A stretch of 64,000 bases of DNA from Candidatus Norongarragalinales archaeon (GTDB lineage Archaea; Micrarchaeota; Micrarchaeia; Norongarragalinales; DASYRB01): assembly GCA_036004805.1 (NCBI GenBank), contig DASYRB010000026.1, positions 4,938 to 68,937 of the forward strand. Direction: 5' to 3'. Each line of letters starts with the position of its first letter. Position 1 is the stretch's first letter. The notes under the pieces are model-generated. The model saw nothing but the letters and a program-made list of their open reading frames with translations, was not told the origin of the DNA and searched no databases. This document shows, piece after piece, positions 1 to 10,370 of this stretch. A program made the position numbers and the translations under genes.

Positions 1-2596
1 ACGCGCTGGGCGATGGAGAGGGTGAAGGCGAAGGAGTCGCCGTAGGCGTAGGAATGGGTGTCGGTGAAGGCGTTGGTGTGGGTTGTCCGCTGCATGTTCC
101 GCCGATGCAGAAAGTTCCTGGATCGCAGTCTTGGTCTGACTGGCACTGGCCTCCCTGAGGCACTAGCGAGATTCTTTGAATGCGCGCTTGCGACGCGTTC
201 GCGCCTTTCGACGAGTCGAACGGCACTCTTCTGTACAAGTTCTGGTTTTGTCCGAACGAGCGGTAATGCAAGTCGAGCGGTGAAGAGCTTTGCGATTCTA
301 ACGCGATGTTTCCGAAGTTCACGGGGTTCGCGAGAACCTTCACTGGAAGAATCAGCGTGCCTGGTTGTGTGGTCTTGAATTCTGCCTCGATCCACTTGCG
401 CGGCTGCGAGAACGTCACGATATTTCCGCTCTTTGCGGTCAACGCGCCTCCGCAGTAGAACGCTTGCGTCGAGGCAATCTGATTCGTGCCTGTTCGCAAC
501 GCCCACAACTGCAAACCGACGTTGGAAAAGTCGATGCTCTCTAGTTGCAACGGGCTCGATTGCGCGTTGGCAGAAGTTCCGCTCTCCAAGAACACGCCAA
601 CCGTGTCCGTGCCAGTGTAACTGATCTTCAACTCGGCGACGTACTCTTCTCCTGCTTCAATCTGGGTAACTTGCTTCTTGAAGCCGTTGTAATAATTCTC
701 GAACAATTGCAAGTCATCTTGTCGCACGCAAATATTCTTGACGGGCGTAGACAACAGGCTCTGCGCAAAACCGCACTTCGCCGGATCGTTGCAACAAACA
801 CCGGCAGGACCAAGCAGGGTTACAGTGGCTACGTTGTTGCTCTTCGGCGTGACCGTAACAGATGTCGATCCAGAAACGAATCCAGTCTTCGAACCCGTGA
901 TCACGGCTGGAATGTTCGAGTGTATTTTTATTCCGCAGGAATTGCCAAAGCCAGTGTTGCACGTCGCGACCGTTTCGCCGTTCTGCGTGGCATTCATGAA
1001 CACGCCGGAAACTTGTCCACCCGCGCCGTCGACCGCGAGCATGGTGACATTGCCGAATGGCACGTCAATGTAAAGAACGATGTTTTGAATCGCTTGCGAC
1101 AAGTTCACGTCAAGCTCGCCAGCGAGCTCGTTTTGCGTCGCGACGATTTTTACTATTCTGTCGCGCCTTAGCGGTTTGATCGTGACTCTGCCTTGAGAAT
1201 CGGTTTTCTTGTTGTAATACAAAATCGCTCCATCGCTGCGATAAACGCTCACTGACGCGTTCGGCACCACTTCGCCGGAAGCATAGTCGCGTACGGTGAT
1301 GCGTGCTTCGGTTGCTTTTGATGCGTTGAAGCGTTCCATCGTCAAGTTCTTGCTTTGTCCGCCAGCGAATGGGAATGTCGCGCCGGGGAAGTAGCCGTCT
1401 TTGCTCGCGCTCGCATAGAAAGTGTAAAGCGTTGGAAGTTTTCTGAACAGCGCGACGCCGTTCGAATCGCTCGTCGTGCGGTTCGCGTAACTGTACTCGC
1501 TCATCTGTCCGCTCGGCAAGAGTCCCAAAGAAACGAACAGTAAAGTGTCAGCGCCTGAAACGATCGCGTCGCGTTCGTCGATCGTTCGCACGATGCTGTC
1601 TTCGAAAGTCGCCGTGCCAAGCACGACACGGAACGTAGTCCTTCCGATGACTTGTTTGGCTGCGGGTTTTCCTGCGCCGCTCGTTGCAACGAGTCCTGGA
1701 GAGTCGACCATTACGTAAACGAGCGCTTGAGGTAAGTCTAGGAACTCGATGCTGCCGACCTCCGCATCGCCTTCCGCAATCAAAGAGTCGTCGAACGCGT
1801 TCAGCAGTTGCACGTGTCCTTGTTCCACGATGTCGCCGGCGTCGTCAACGAGAACCACGTGAACAGTGCCGTTCTCGGGAGGCGCTTCGAACCTGATGAT
1901 GACTTTCTTCGTCATCGTGACCGTTGCGGAATAGTCGCTCGTTGGTTTTTCGATGAATGTGGTCGCTGTGTCGTATCCTTCCTTGCTCAAGCTTACCGTA
2001 ATGACCTGCAGCGGTGGAGCTTTGAATCGCGCGATTCCGGAATCGTCACTATAAACAGTTCCAGTCTGTCCATCGTCACTGGTCCACGTCACGCTCGCGC
2101 CGTTGACTAGTGCTTGTTTGTTGTCTTGCAGCGTGAGCTCGACGTTTATCACGTTCGGCTCGAGAGTCACGCGACGCGTCAAGGTTTGTCCGGTCGTTAT
2201 TTTCGTGGTGAAGTTCTTGAAACCTGATTTCGACACGGTAAGCGTTGCGAGCTTGCCTGAAGGCAAACTTTTGAACGCCGCGACTCCACTATCGTCCGTT
2301 TCCAGAGCAGTGCTGGCTTGCGTCCAATCGATCAAAACATTCGCGCCCGGCAACGGCTTTCCATTGGCAAGCGCGGTTATCGTTAGCGAAGTGGTTTGCG
2401 GCACGAAAATGGAATACAACGCCCAACCGATCAACGCCAACAAAAGCAGAAAAAGAATAGCGACGACCGGAAAACTTGGAATTCCACGCTTCTCGATCGG
2501 CGTAACGACGTAATCGTAAACAGGAACGTGCAGCTTGTCCTGCAAGTAATCCATCAAGCTGTAATAGCGATCTTCGAGTTGCGTGTAGAGAGACAT
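1..2596 (-). CDS. Large membrane-anchored surface protein with carboxypeptidase-regulatory-like/Ig-like repeats (3' end runs off the window; missing from the ORF track)
   Basis: Manual translation from ATG at 2596: MSLYTQLEDRYYSLMDYL...PSFPVVAILFLLLLALIGWALYSIF (TM), then repeats such as GKPLPGANVLI/TDDSGVAAF, a Cys motif CQSDQDCDPGTFCIGGTCS and a PTPTPSPTP linker. The frame is open to position 2. Paralogous to the adjacent gene. Confidence 0.85.
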   Translation of the reverse strand, partial: MSLYTQLEDRYYSLMDYLQDKLHVPVYDYVVTPIEKRGIPSFPVVAILFLLLLALIGWALYSIFVPQTTSLTITALANGKPLPGANVLIDWTQASTALETDDSGVAAFKSLPSGKLATLTVSKSGFKNFTTKITTGQTLTRRVTLEPNVINVELTLQDNKQALVNGASVTWTSDDGQTGTVYSDDSGIARFKAPPLQVITVSLSKEGYDTATTFIEKPTSDYSATVTMTKKVIIRFEAPPENGTVHVVLVDDAGDIVEQGHVQLLNAFDDSLIAEGDAEVGSIEFLDLPQALVYVMVDSPGLVATSGAGKPAAKQVIGRTTFRVVLGTATFEDSIVRTIDERDAIVSGADTLLFVSLGLLPSGQMSEYSYANRTTSDSNGVALFRKLPTLYTFYASASKDGYFPGATFPFAGGQSKNLTMERFNASKATEARITVRDYASGEVVPNASVSVYRSDGAILYYNKKTDSQGRVTIKPLRRDRIVKIVATQNELAGELDVNLSQAIQNIVLYIDVPFGNVTMLAVDGAGGQVSGVFMNATQNGETVATCNTGFGNSCGIKIHSNIPAVITGSKTGFVSGSTSVTVTPKSNNVATVTLLGPAGVCCNDPAKCGFAQSLLSTPVKNICVRQDDLQLFENYYNGFKKQVTQIEAGEEYVAELKISYTGTDTVGVFLESGTSANAQSSPLQLESIDFSNVGLQLWALRTGTNQIASTQAFYCGGALTAKSGNIVTFSQPRKWIEAEFKTTQPGTLILPVKVLANPVNFGNIALESQSSSPLDLHYRSFGQNQNLYRRVPFDSSKGANASQARIQRISLVPQGGQCQSDQDCDPGTFCIGGTCSGQPTPTPSPTPIPTPTATPSPSPSPSPSA

Positions 2597-2601
2597 TTTT
2601 G

Positions 2602-5600
2602 TTATTGCACGTAAACGATGAAGCTTGAATCAACATCCGCGTCTTCTGCCAGCTCGATGTGTCCTGTTTTGCCGTAGGCGCTGAATTCGAATTTGTCCCC
2701 TTTGTCTTTGGGTTTTCCAGCGTGAGATACGAGGTTCGCGTCCCAGACAGTAAGGTCTGCGCCGCCAACGCTTCCGCTCTGGTAAGAGTTGAACCTGAAA
2801 ACTTCTCCAGTTCTCAATATCAAAACGAATCGGTTTTCGTGAGTTCTGAATTCGTAGAACCTGCTCTGCTGTCCTTTCTCGTTTGCGAGGAAGCATCCCT
2901 GTGGGCCGCTTCCAAGAATCTGATCGACTTCCGAACCGCCGTGCAGGCAGGAACTTCTGCCAGCTATGTAGAACAATGGCCCTTGCAAAGAAGCATCGTT
3001 GCCGCAAGAGCCATAATTGTCCAGGTAATGGTTCGATTGAACTGTTGCATACGATACTGTAAGGCCTGCGCCTTGAGAAAATCCTCCTTGTGGTGCAATA
3101 CCATTGTAAGTGTTGATACCTGTTAGCCCTGAAATTTCTCTGTAATTGAAATCAATTCCAGAAAACGCTTGTTTGATCGGCGAGTTCGCGCTATCGCCAC
3201 GCTTCCAGAACGAGTCATAACCGGCCTGGAATCCTGCGGGAGAAGTGACAGGAATGTTTGCCGGAGTTCCATTGATGAAGAATCCGGAAACAGGTCCGAC
3301 ATAGCCAAGAACTCCACGAATGAGCGAGTCAGAAATCACGCTCCCGCCCTTGTGTATCTGGTACGTCACTCCTGCGGAAGGCCATTGGCGGTTGTCGGCC
3401 AAAAGCCACACTTCCGGCATGTGCAAAAAGCTCGCTACTGGGCATGAGAAGCCGCAGCTGCTGCTTGTCGATATTCCGGTCATTGCTCCTTCGAGGCCGG
3501 AAAGGCATGCTGGAGAACCACTTTGTCCACTGCCACTCTGTGACGGACAAGACCAGATGTTGTTCTTGCACTCGGCTTCGGACTTATCCGAATCAGGAGC
3601 ATTAACGCAACGAATGGCCGGATTCAAATTGCATTTCGAATACTGCGCATTCCAGAACTCGTCCGGAGTGACATGCATCGCAGTAACTGCCGGAATTGCA
3701 TCATCCGCGAGAACTTTGATTGGAATGTCAAAAGTTCCGGTTGTTCCCGTGCATTGGACGTGCAACTTCACGTTCTGGTCCGTGATCCTGTTGGGGTCTC
3801 CGGTTCTGCAGGTCTGCGAGCTGCCGTCGTAACTCAACACGCTCAAGCCGTTCTGTAACGGAGTCTTGTCGAAGCAGGTTGTGTTGCCTTGGATGTAGTT
3901 GTAATTGAAAGTGCAAGAAACCGGCAAAGCCGTGCTGTTGAACAACACGCGCACCGCGTCGACTGGCGTGATGGGATCGGCTTTCATCACGATCTCGTTC
4001 GCTTGCGTGCCTTCAAGACTCGCGATCAAGCGCGCTCCGTTCAAGTCGTAATTGTAAACAACGTTGTTTCCGTGGAATAGCTTGAGCTGGAACTGTCCGC
4101 CAGATGTTTCCACAACGCGCACTTCGTAGTTCACAAGAGGAGCTTGCTGAATCGCGCCCACGGTCACTGGTCGCGTTACGCTGGTGCCTCCGAATGACAA
4201 TCGTTGCGTGGTTGCGCCGTTGTTTTGTGGCTGCAGCTTCACCCAAGCGAGCATGCGGTTGTTCGGAAAATCGTTCGGATCCGTTTGGTAGCTGTAAGAA
4301 GGCGATGATTGGTCGACGTTGCTGTAAGGATCGCTATCGGATCCGTGGTCTGCAGCGATGAGCGGCAAGATGTTGACAGAGCTCGTCAACCATCCCAGAG
4401 TCGCGGTGTTCTTGTGACTAAAGCGATCGACAACGATGTTCGCTTGTGTTTCGCCGTTTGCGATCTGCACGCTGTAAGGCTCGGCAATCGAAGTGCCTAG
4501 TGGCTGTTCGAGGCCGTAAGAAACGCAACCTTCAGCGCCGCATCCGATGTTTTGGTGCGCGTTGAACTGCCAGGAAGTAATGTTTTCCGTGTTCGCGCTG
4601 CACCAAACGCGGCCGCTCGCTTGGAACGCGGTTTGTAACTGCGCGTCGAAAGGCTCGCGAACATACTCGTTACCGATTACTTGGTAGGCGCGGAAGTTGA
4701 GCGCGGCTCGAGAAGTGATGTTCGTCACTGCGAACTCGACATCGAAACCAATCGTTCCCAGACTCTGGTTGAACACGTCAGCTTGAATGTCGATCCATTT
4801 CAACGCGCCGAACGCGCTCGTCGGTGGCTGCACGTTGCAAGAAGTCGGGTTGAAAGTAGTGGAAGCGTTGACGAACTCGGTCAACGCACCTCCGAGATAA
4901 TTGTCACTTCGCCTGACGATCGCGATCGAGTCGTTCGCAAAGTTTCCAGTGCGGTTGCCCGCGCGAACATACAGACCGACGCGAGAAGCGTTGTTCAAAA
5001 CCATCACGTCGAAGTGCGCGGTGTAAATGCTGCCGAAATCGAGACGCGAAACACCCGTCACGTCGACGCCGTTGCGGTCCGTGATCGAGAGAGTGATCAT
5101 TGGAGAATTGGTCGCGAACATTTTCACCGTAACGCTGGTCGGCGAGTCGTCGTCGATCTGGAAGCTCTGGAGTTTGTTCGCAAAGCCCGGCGAAGAAACA
5201 CGCACTTGAAGCGGAATGCCGACGAAAACCTGCCTCGAACAAGAACCCGAGGTAGTGGCGCAAGAAGAACCGTTCAGAAAACTGCCTTGCAAGAGCACGC
5301 TGAAGTTCGCCGTTTGCAGCGTCGCGTTGTTTGCATAGTTCACCGCGCGGAAAGTCACAGTGGTTGTTGGTGGATAGAGTAATACGGTGAGGTTGGGGCT
5401 TGACTCGTTGATGAACGCGTTGCCCTTGAGCGGACCCTTCGAAACACGAACCTCGGCATCACTTCCTAATGGAATGTCACTGATTGACGCTTTTCCGTTG
5501 TTGTTCGTCACCGCTTGTGCAGGAACCAGCAAGAATCCTTGGCTGTAAACGTTCGCGGTAGCGTTCGGCACGGCTTGTTGGTAGGCGAAATCTTTCGCCG

Positions 5601-6798
5601 TGAGCGACAACGTCAGGCTGTTGGAAGAGTTGGAAGCGTTAAGCGCAGCGTTCACGGTAACGCGTGCCTGGTCGAGAACAACGTTCGCGTTGCGGTAAGG
5701 CAGCTTGCCCTTTGAATAGACAACGACGCCAACGCTCTGTCCGCGCTCGAGCTGGTACTCGATCTTTGAAAGCGTGTTGTTGTTCGCGAGCACGTCGCCC
5801 GCAGCGTCCAGCACGTAAACTGAAGCGCTCGTGGTGGTGCCGAGAACGTTGATCGTTAATAGCGTCGTGTTTTCAGGAACCAAGCGACGCAGCGTGACGG
5901 ATTGGGACGTGCTTTCATCCACACTGAAGTCTTCAGTGGTTTCAGTAACGTATCCATCAGCCTGTACTGAGAGATAGACGCGCGAGTGCAGCTTTATCGT
6001 AGTGATCGCAGCGTCACCATTCGCGCCAGTAGTCGCGGTAGTGATTAGGTGCGCACGGTCGGTCGAGCTGTAGACCTTCACGGAAGCCACTTTGCCTCGG
6101 CCGTCTTCATCCTTTACCGAAACAGTCAACCTACCCTTCAGGTTCGCGAGACGCTGCAGGAACGCAGCACTGCGCGCGAGAGCGATCTTCTGAACGCCGA
6201 TGTCTTTCTGCAAACGAGTGATCGTGATCGTGCGAGGATCGTAATCCTCCTTCACGGCGATGATGGAAACGTCGCTCAGCTCTTGCGCCTCAACTTGAGC
6301 CATGCCCTGTGCGTCCGTCTCCAGTTGTGACGTCTTGCCCGCGGAAGTCACGGAGAGAGTAGCGCCAGAAAGGCCTTCGCCGGAATCTTCATCGACGACG
6401 CTGACCGAGAAACGAACAAGCGACTGTGCCAAAGTGATGCTCACGAGCGGACGCGAACCCGCGGTGAATTTCTGAGACTTCTCCTCAAAACCCTCCTTCT
6501 TCGCAGTAATAGTTACGGAAAGGCCCTTCGGAACTTCTTTGAAGAACGCCTTGCCATCGCTATCAGTATCGATGGATTGCGAAAAAGAACCGCCCGCGAC
6601 AGTCACGCTCGCGCCAGGCAAGGGAGCGCCCGCGCTGTTGACCGAAACCGTTAATGGCACCGATTGGGGCAGGACGAAAAAATAAACCAACGCGCCCAAC
6701 AACAAAACCACAAGCGCTGCTCCGGCGTAGAGATATTTTTTCGGCAGCTTGGCTAGCGCTGGAGGCAAAGACGGTATTTTGACCTCAGGAATAGCCAT
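2602..6798 (-). CDS. Large membrane-anchored surface protein, carboxypeptidase-regulatory-like repeats plus Cys-rich C-terminal region
   Basis: ORF 2602-7026; likely start ATG 6798 (MAIPEVKIP), because the longer ORF overlaps argS. N-terminal TM (YLYAGAALVVLLLGALVYFFV), repeats GAPLPGASVTV...TDSDGKAFF, many NxS/T sequons. Confidence 0.85.
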   Translation of the reverse strand: MAIPEVKIPSLPPALAKLPKKYLYAGAALVVLLLGALVYFFVLPQSVPLTVSVNSAGAPLPGASVTVAGGSFSQSIDTDSDGKAFFKEVPKGLSVTITAKKEGFEEKSQKFTAGSRPLVSITLAQSLVRFSVSVVDEDSGEGLSGATLSVTSAGKTSQLETDAQGMAQVEAQELSDVSIIAVKEDYDPRTITITRLQKDIGVQKIALARSAAFLQRLANLKGRLTVSVKDEDGRGKVASVKVYSSTDRAHLITTATTGANGDAAITTIKLHSRVYLSVQADGYVTETTEDFSVDESTSQSVTLRRLVPENTTLLTINVLGTTTSASVYVLDAAGDVLANNNTLSKIEYQLERGQSVGVVVYSKGKLPYRNANVVLDQARVTVNAALNASNSSNSLTLSLTAKDFAYQQAVPNATANVYSQGFLLVPAQAVTNNNGKASISDIPLGSDAEVRVSKGPLKGNAFINESSPNLTVLLYPPTTTVTFRAVNYANNATLQTANFSVLLQGSFLNGSSCATTSGSCSRQVFVGIPLQVRVSSPGFANKLQSFQIDDDSPTSVTVKMFATNSPMITLSITDRNGVDVTGVSRLDFGSIYTAHFDVMVLNNASRVGLYVRAGNRTGNFANDSIAIVRRSDNYLGGALTEFVNASTTFNPTSCNVQPPTSAFGALKWIDIQADVFNQSLGTIGFDVEFAVTNITSRAALNFRAYQVIGNEYVREPFDAQLQTAFQASGRVWCSANTENITSWQFNAHQNIGCGAEGCVSYGLEQPLGTSIAEPYSVQIANGETQANIVVDRFSHKNTATLGWLTSSVNILPLIAADHGSDSDPYSNVDQSSPSYSYQTDPNDFPNNRMLAWVKLQPQNNGATTQRLSFGGTSVTRPVTVGAIQQAPLVNYEVRVVETSGGQFQLKLFHGNNVVYNYDLNGARLIASLEGTQANEIVMKADPITPVDAVRVLFNSTALPVSCTFNYNYIQGNTTCFDKTPLQNGLSVLSYDGSSQTCRTGDPNRITDQNVKLHVQCTGTTGTFDIPIKVLADDAIPAVTAMHVTPDEFWNAQYSKCNLNPAIRCVNAPDSDKSEAECKNNIWSCPSQSGSGQSGSPACLSGLEGAMTGISTSSSCGFSCPVASFLHMPEVWLLADNRQWPSAGVTYQIHKGGSVISDSLIRGVLGYVGPVSGFFINGTPANIPVTSPAGFQAGYDSFWKRGDSANSPIKQAFSGIDFNYREISGLTGINTYNGIAPQGGFSQGAGLTVSYATVQSNHYLDNYGSCGNDASLQGPLFYIAGRSSCLHGGSEVDQILGSGPQGCFLANEKGQQSRFYEFRTHENRFVLILRTGEVFRFNSYQSGSVGGADLTVWDANLVSHAGKPKDKGDKFEFSAYGKTGHIELAEDADVDSSFIVYVQ

Positions 6799-6867
6799 TG
6801 TTCGCGAACTTTCGACGCAGAAAGAGCTAATAAAAACCACTCTTCTAACCAATTGCGCCACCAAAAA

Positions 6868-8637
6868 ATGACTATCCAGTACGCACTCGACAAAACAAGA
6901 AAAGACATCAGCACAGCTATAGCTGAAACCGTCAGGGAAGAGTACGACATCGACTTCGAAAACAGCGACGCGGAGCTCGAAGTGCCCAAGACGCAAAAAA
7001 TGGGCGAACTCGCCTTCGCCACGCAAAGCGCCGCACGCCGAGCCAAAACCACACCGCCAGACCTCGCATCACAACTAGCAGTCACTCTCGAAGACGAAGA
7101 GATCGCCATGCTATCGAAAGTCGAGCACGTCGGTCCATACGTCAACTTCAAGCTCTCCGACGAGTTCTACAACCAAGCCACCTCCGAAGCGCTCGCGATG
7201 GGCAACAACTACGGGCCGCGAGACACGAACAAAGGCAAAACCGCCATCGTAGAATACAGCGCGCCCAACACCGGCAAACCAATGCACTTCGGACACATCC
7301 GCAGCACCATCCTCGGCGACGCCGCAAAACGCTTGCTCGCATCGCAGGGCTACAAAACCATCGCCATGAACTATCTCGGCGACTCCGGCAGCCACGTCGC
7401 AGAACTACTCGTCGCGCTAAAAACATTCAAGGACCTGCCCGAGGTAAAAACGGAACAAGACCTCCTCCAATACTACATCAAAATAAAGAAAGAGATCGAT
7501 GCCAAACCCGAACTCAAAAAACAAGCCGAAGAACTACAAGCCGCCTTCGAAAAGGGCGACACTAGCGTCGCGAAAGAAATACAAAAAATCTGGGCACTAA
7601 GCACACCCGCGTTCAACGCCAACTACGAACTCCTCGGCGTCAAGTTCGACGAAACCCTCGGCGAAAGCGCATTCGTAAAACAGGCACTGGACATCGCGAA
7701 AGAAGCACAACAAAAAAAGGTCGCCGTCAAGGAAAAAGATGGTAGCGTCGTAGTCAAGCTCGAAAAACAAAAACTACAAGACAAAGTGTTACTACGCGCG
7801 AACGGCACGACCCTTTACTTCTCACGCGACCTCGCACTCGCCGATTACAAATGGAACAAGTACAAATTCGACACTAGCTACATCTTCACCGCGCAAGAAC
7901 AAAACCTGCACTTCAAACAATTACAAAAAACGCTCGAACTACTCGGCCGTCCATACTTTGCGAGATACAAGCACGTAGGATTCGGACTCATCAACCTGCC
8001 CGAAGGCAAAATGAGCACGCGCGAAGGACGCGTCGTACTCCTGCAAGAAGTGTTGTCGCAAACCATCGACGAAGCGAAACGCGAGCTCAAGAAAAGACAG
8101 AAGGAAGAAAAAAGCGCGGCAGCAAAAGAAGCGACATCGAAATACTCTGAGGAAGACCTGGACAAGATCGCTTTCGAAGTCGGACTCGGTTCGCTCAAGT
8201 TCGGCGTGCTGCGCGTCGCGGCCGAAAAAAACATTGTTTTCGACACGAAGAAAATCGTGAGCTTCGAAGGCGACACCGGCGCATACGTACAATACAGCGC
8301 CGTGCGATGCAGGAAAATAATCGCGAAATCCAAGCTCTCGAAAATACAAGTACCGAACGAAAGAAAGCTCAACGACTTCGAAAAAAGACTCTCATTCACG
8401 ATCGCACGATATCCGGAAGTGCTCGCGAGCGCCGCGAACAGCGTCACCGCGCACACGATCTGCGAATACGCGCTCGAACTCGCATCGGCGTTTTCGAGCT
8501 TTTACGAAAACTGTCCCGTTCTCCAAGCGCCTGACGATAAAACCAAGCTGGGAAGGCTCGCGCTCGTGAAAGCGACGCAGAACACTCTCGAGAACGCGCT
8601 CGACATCCTTGGAATAAGCGTTCCGGAAAAAATGTGA
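6868..8637 (+). CDS. argS: Arginine--tRNA ligase
   Basis: VEYSAPNTGKPMHFGHIRS (HIGH-type), KMSTREG, FEGDTGAYVQY, DALR domain ending LGISVPEKM. Likely start ATG 6868. Confidence 0.97.
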   Translation: MTIQYALDKTRKDISTAIAETVREEYDIDFENSDAELEVPKTQKMGELAFATQSAARRAKTTPPDLASQLAVTLEDEEIAMLSKVEHVGPYVNFKLSDEFYNQATSEALAMGNNYGPRDTNKGKTAIVEYSAPNTGKPMHFGHIRSTILGDAAKRLLASQGYKTIAMNYLGDSGSHVAELLVALKTFKDLPEVKTEQDLLQYYIKIKKEIDAKPELKKQAEELQAAFEKGDTSVAKEIQKIWALSTPAFNANYELLGVKFDETLGESAFVKQALDIAKEAQQKKVAVKEKDGSVVVKLEKQKLQDKVLLRANGTTLYFSRDLALADYKWNKYKFDTSYIFTAQEQNLHFKQLQKTLELLGRPYFARYKHVGFGLINLPEGKMSTREGRVVLLQEVLSQTIDEAKRELKKRQKEEKSAAAKEATSKYSEEDLDKIAFEVGLGSLKFGVLRVAAEKNIVFDTKKIVSFEGDTGAYVQYSAVRCRKIIAKSKLSKIQVPNERKLNDFEKRLSFTIARYPEVLASAANSVTAHTICEYALELASAFSSFYENCPVLQAPDDKTKLGRLALVKATQNTLENALDILGISVPEKM

Positions 8638-8651
8638 AAACGATCACAAAA

Positions 8652-9032
8652 ATGACTCAGAGAGGAAACCACAGGGCTTTCAGGATCGAGAAACAGATCC
8701 ACCAATTATCGCACGAGCTGCTTGGTGCACACATCAAAGATTTCGCGCAAATACTTAGAGACAATCAATACTGGCTTTCAGATTACCACGAGCCGCTATT
8801 GAAAATTCATGACCAACTTCACCGAGCGACGGAGCGCAAGTATTACGGAAGCGTCGCGAGAATTGTTCAAGCCAACGCGGCCGGCAAGGGTGTTTTCAAA
8901 TTCCCGGCAGCGATCATTCGCGCCGACAGGGAAGAACACAAGAAAAGAATCAGGCTCGTACACGACCAGCTCGAAAAGATCGAAAAACTCGCCACGACGC
9001 TACAAAACGTCAGCAAACGGCCTCTCAAATAA
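8652..9032 (+). CDS. Hypothetical basic helical protein
   Basis: ORF fills the gap between argS and tpiA; no recognisable motif. Confidence 0.6.
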   Translation: MTQRGNHRAFRIEKQIHQLSHELLGAHIKDFAQILRDNQYWLSDYHEPLLKIHDQLHRATERKYYGSVARIVQANAAGKGVFKFPAAIIRADREEHKKRIRLVHDQLEKIEKLATTLQNVSKRPLK

Positions 9033-9705
9033 CGCTCTGCGCCATTTCACGCAACAATTTTTCCGGATCACTGCTTTTCACGAACGCGCTAGCGAGAAGC
9101 ACTCCGCTTGCTCCAAGCTCAAAGCACTTTCTCACGTCTTTCGCGTTCGACACTCCAGCACCAACAAGGACGCGCACTTTCTTGTTCGCCTCAATAATTT
9201 CCGCAACCGCATCCCTCACAACTTCTGGCTTTGCCGTGCTTACAGAAATTCCACTACCAATAAGTTCTGGTGGCTCGACGGCGATCATTTCAGGAGAAGG
9301 ATCCATTTTGGCAATGTCTACACCTTCAGTCACGTCTTTTGCGCACGCGAGCACGCGCAACCCGGCATGCTTGCACCTGTCAAGCGTTTTCAAGATCGTT
9401 TCTTGCGGTAGTTTCTTTTCGGCGTGATTCAACAAAGTACCGCTAGCGCCGAGCTGCTTGACCGCCTCCGGAGTAACACTGCCCGTGAACGCGCCAAAAG
9501 AGTTAGCGTCGACGTGCTGTCCAAAAACCGTGGCTTTTTTCACCAACCACGTGAAGTGCTGCAATTCCCAAACGGGCGGGCAGAGAATGATCTCGACTCG
9601 CGAAAAGTCACCCGCAACGCTGTCAGCCGCTTTAGCTAGTTTTTCCGCGTGCTGTCCAGTGCTCTCCTGGTATGTTTTTAGGTTGAGGGCTATGACTCGC
9701 TTCAT
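9025..9705 (-). CDS. tpiA: Triosephosphate isomerase, archaeal type
   Basis: NLKTY, QHVD, GAFTGS, LLNHAE, AVEPPELIGSG, GAGV, GVLLASA motifs; 226 aa. Confidence 0.97.
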   Translation of the reverse strand: MKRVIALNLKTYQESTGQHAEKLAKAADSVAGDFSRVEIILCPPVWELQHFTWLVKKATVFGQHVDANSFGAFTGSVTPEAVKQLGASGTLLNHAEKKLPQETILKTLDRCKHAGLRVLACAKDVTEGVDIAKMDPSPEMIAVEPPELIGSGISVSTAKPEVVRDAVAEIIEANKKVRVLVGAGVSNAKDVRKCFELGASGVLLASAFVKSSDPEKLLREMAQSVI

Positions 9706-9761
9706 TGGATGTCGAATTTTTATTTGAGCGCCGCGATGTTTTAAACGGTGGGTTATCGCTC

Positions 9762-10370
9762 TTGCGCGTAGGAATCATCGGTACCGAACAATCCGGCAAA
9801 ACTACTCTAGCTTTTGCTTTTTCAAAACACTGCGAAAAGAAGGGATTCAGCGTCGCGGTTTGCAACATGGATCCATCACTGCGTACTTCCAAGTATCCGA
9901 TAGACTGGGACGTCCGCAAGATCATCAAGAGCAAGCACGCCGACGTCAAGACCTATGAAGCGATCGCGCAAGACAAGCAAACGCAGAAAGCGCTGGACTC
10001 GCTCAAGGCGCGTCTGGTTTTTCTCGAGTTCAAGGGCGGCCTCGACGACTTCCTCGTTGCAGACGCTGGCGTGGTGTTGAGGCGTTATTGCGACGCGTTG
10101 TTGTTCGTGATGGATTCTTCCTCGATCCGTGAAGGCAGGCACGATTTCGATGTTGCTGACGCGCTCGAACACTTGTCAAAAAGAACGGGGCTGCCGGTTG
10201 TCGGCGTGTTGAACAAGAACGACGTCGGCAGAAAGAAGCTCAAGGATGGTGGTCTTCACTCTTTCGAGAACGCGAGGTCCGGAAAAACAGACGGCGTGGT
10301 GTTGGTGAGCGCGCTGGAGCGTTACGGTTTCGAAGACTTGTTGAAAACGCTCAAGCCCGGATTTTTCTAA
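9762..10370 (+). CDS. GPN-loop/ATP_bind_1-like small GTPase, degenerate
   Basis: P-loop GTEQSGKTT, NMDP, YPIDWDVRKII, LNKND (G4), VSALERYGFEDL (G5). Likely TTG start at 9762. Confidence 0.7.
   Translation: MRVGIIGTEQSGKTTLAFAFSKHCEKKGFSVAVCNMDPSLRTSKYPIDWDVRKIIKSKHADVKTYEAIAQDKQTQKALDSLKARLVFLEFKGGLDDFLVADAGVVLRRYCDALLFVMDSSSIREGRHDFDVADALEHLSKRTGLPVVGVLNKNDVGRKKLKDGGLHSFENARSGKTDGVVLVSALERYGFEDLLKTLKPGFF

Noticed and set aside
58..2513. Plus-strand ORFs in the ORF track over 1-2600
   Set aside because: They are shadows of one continuous minus-strand gene; a suspected frameshift near 180 disappeared on re-translation.
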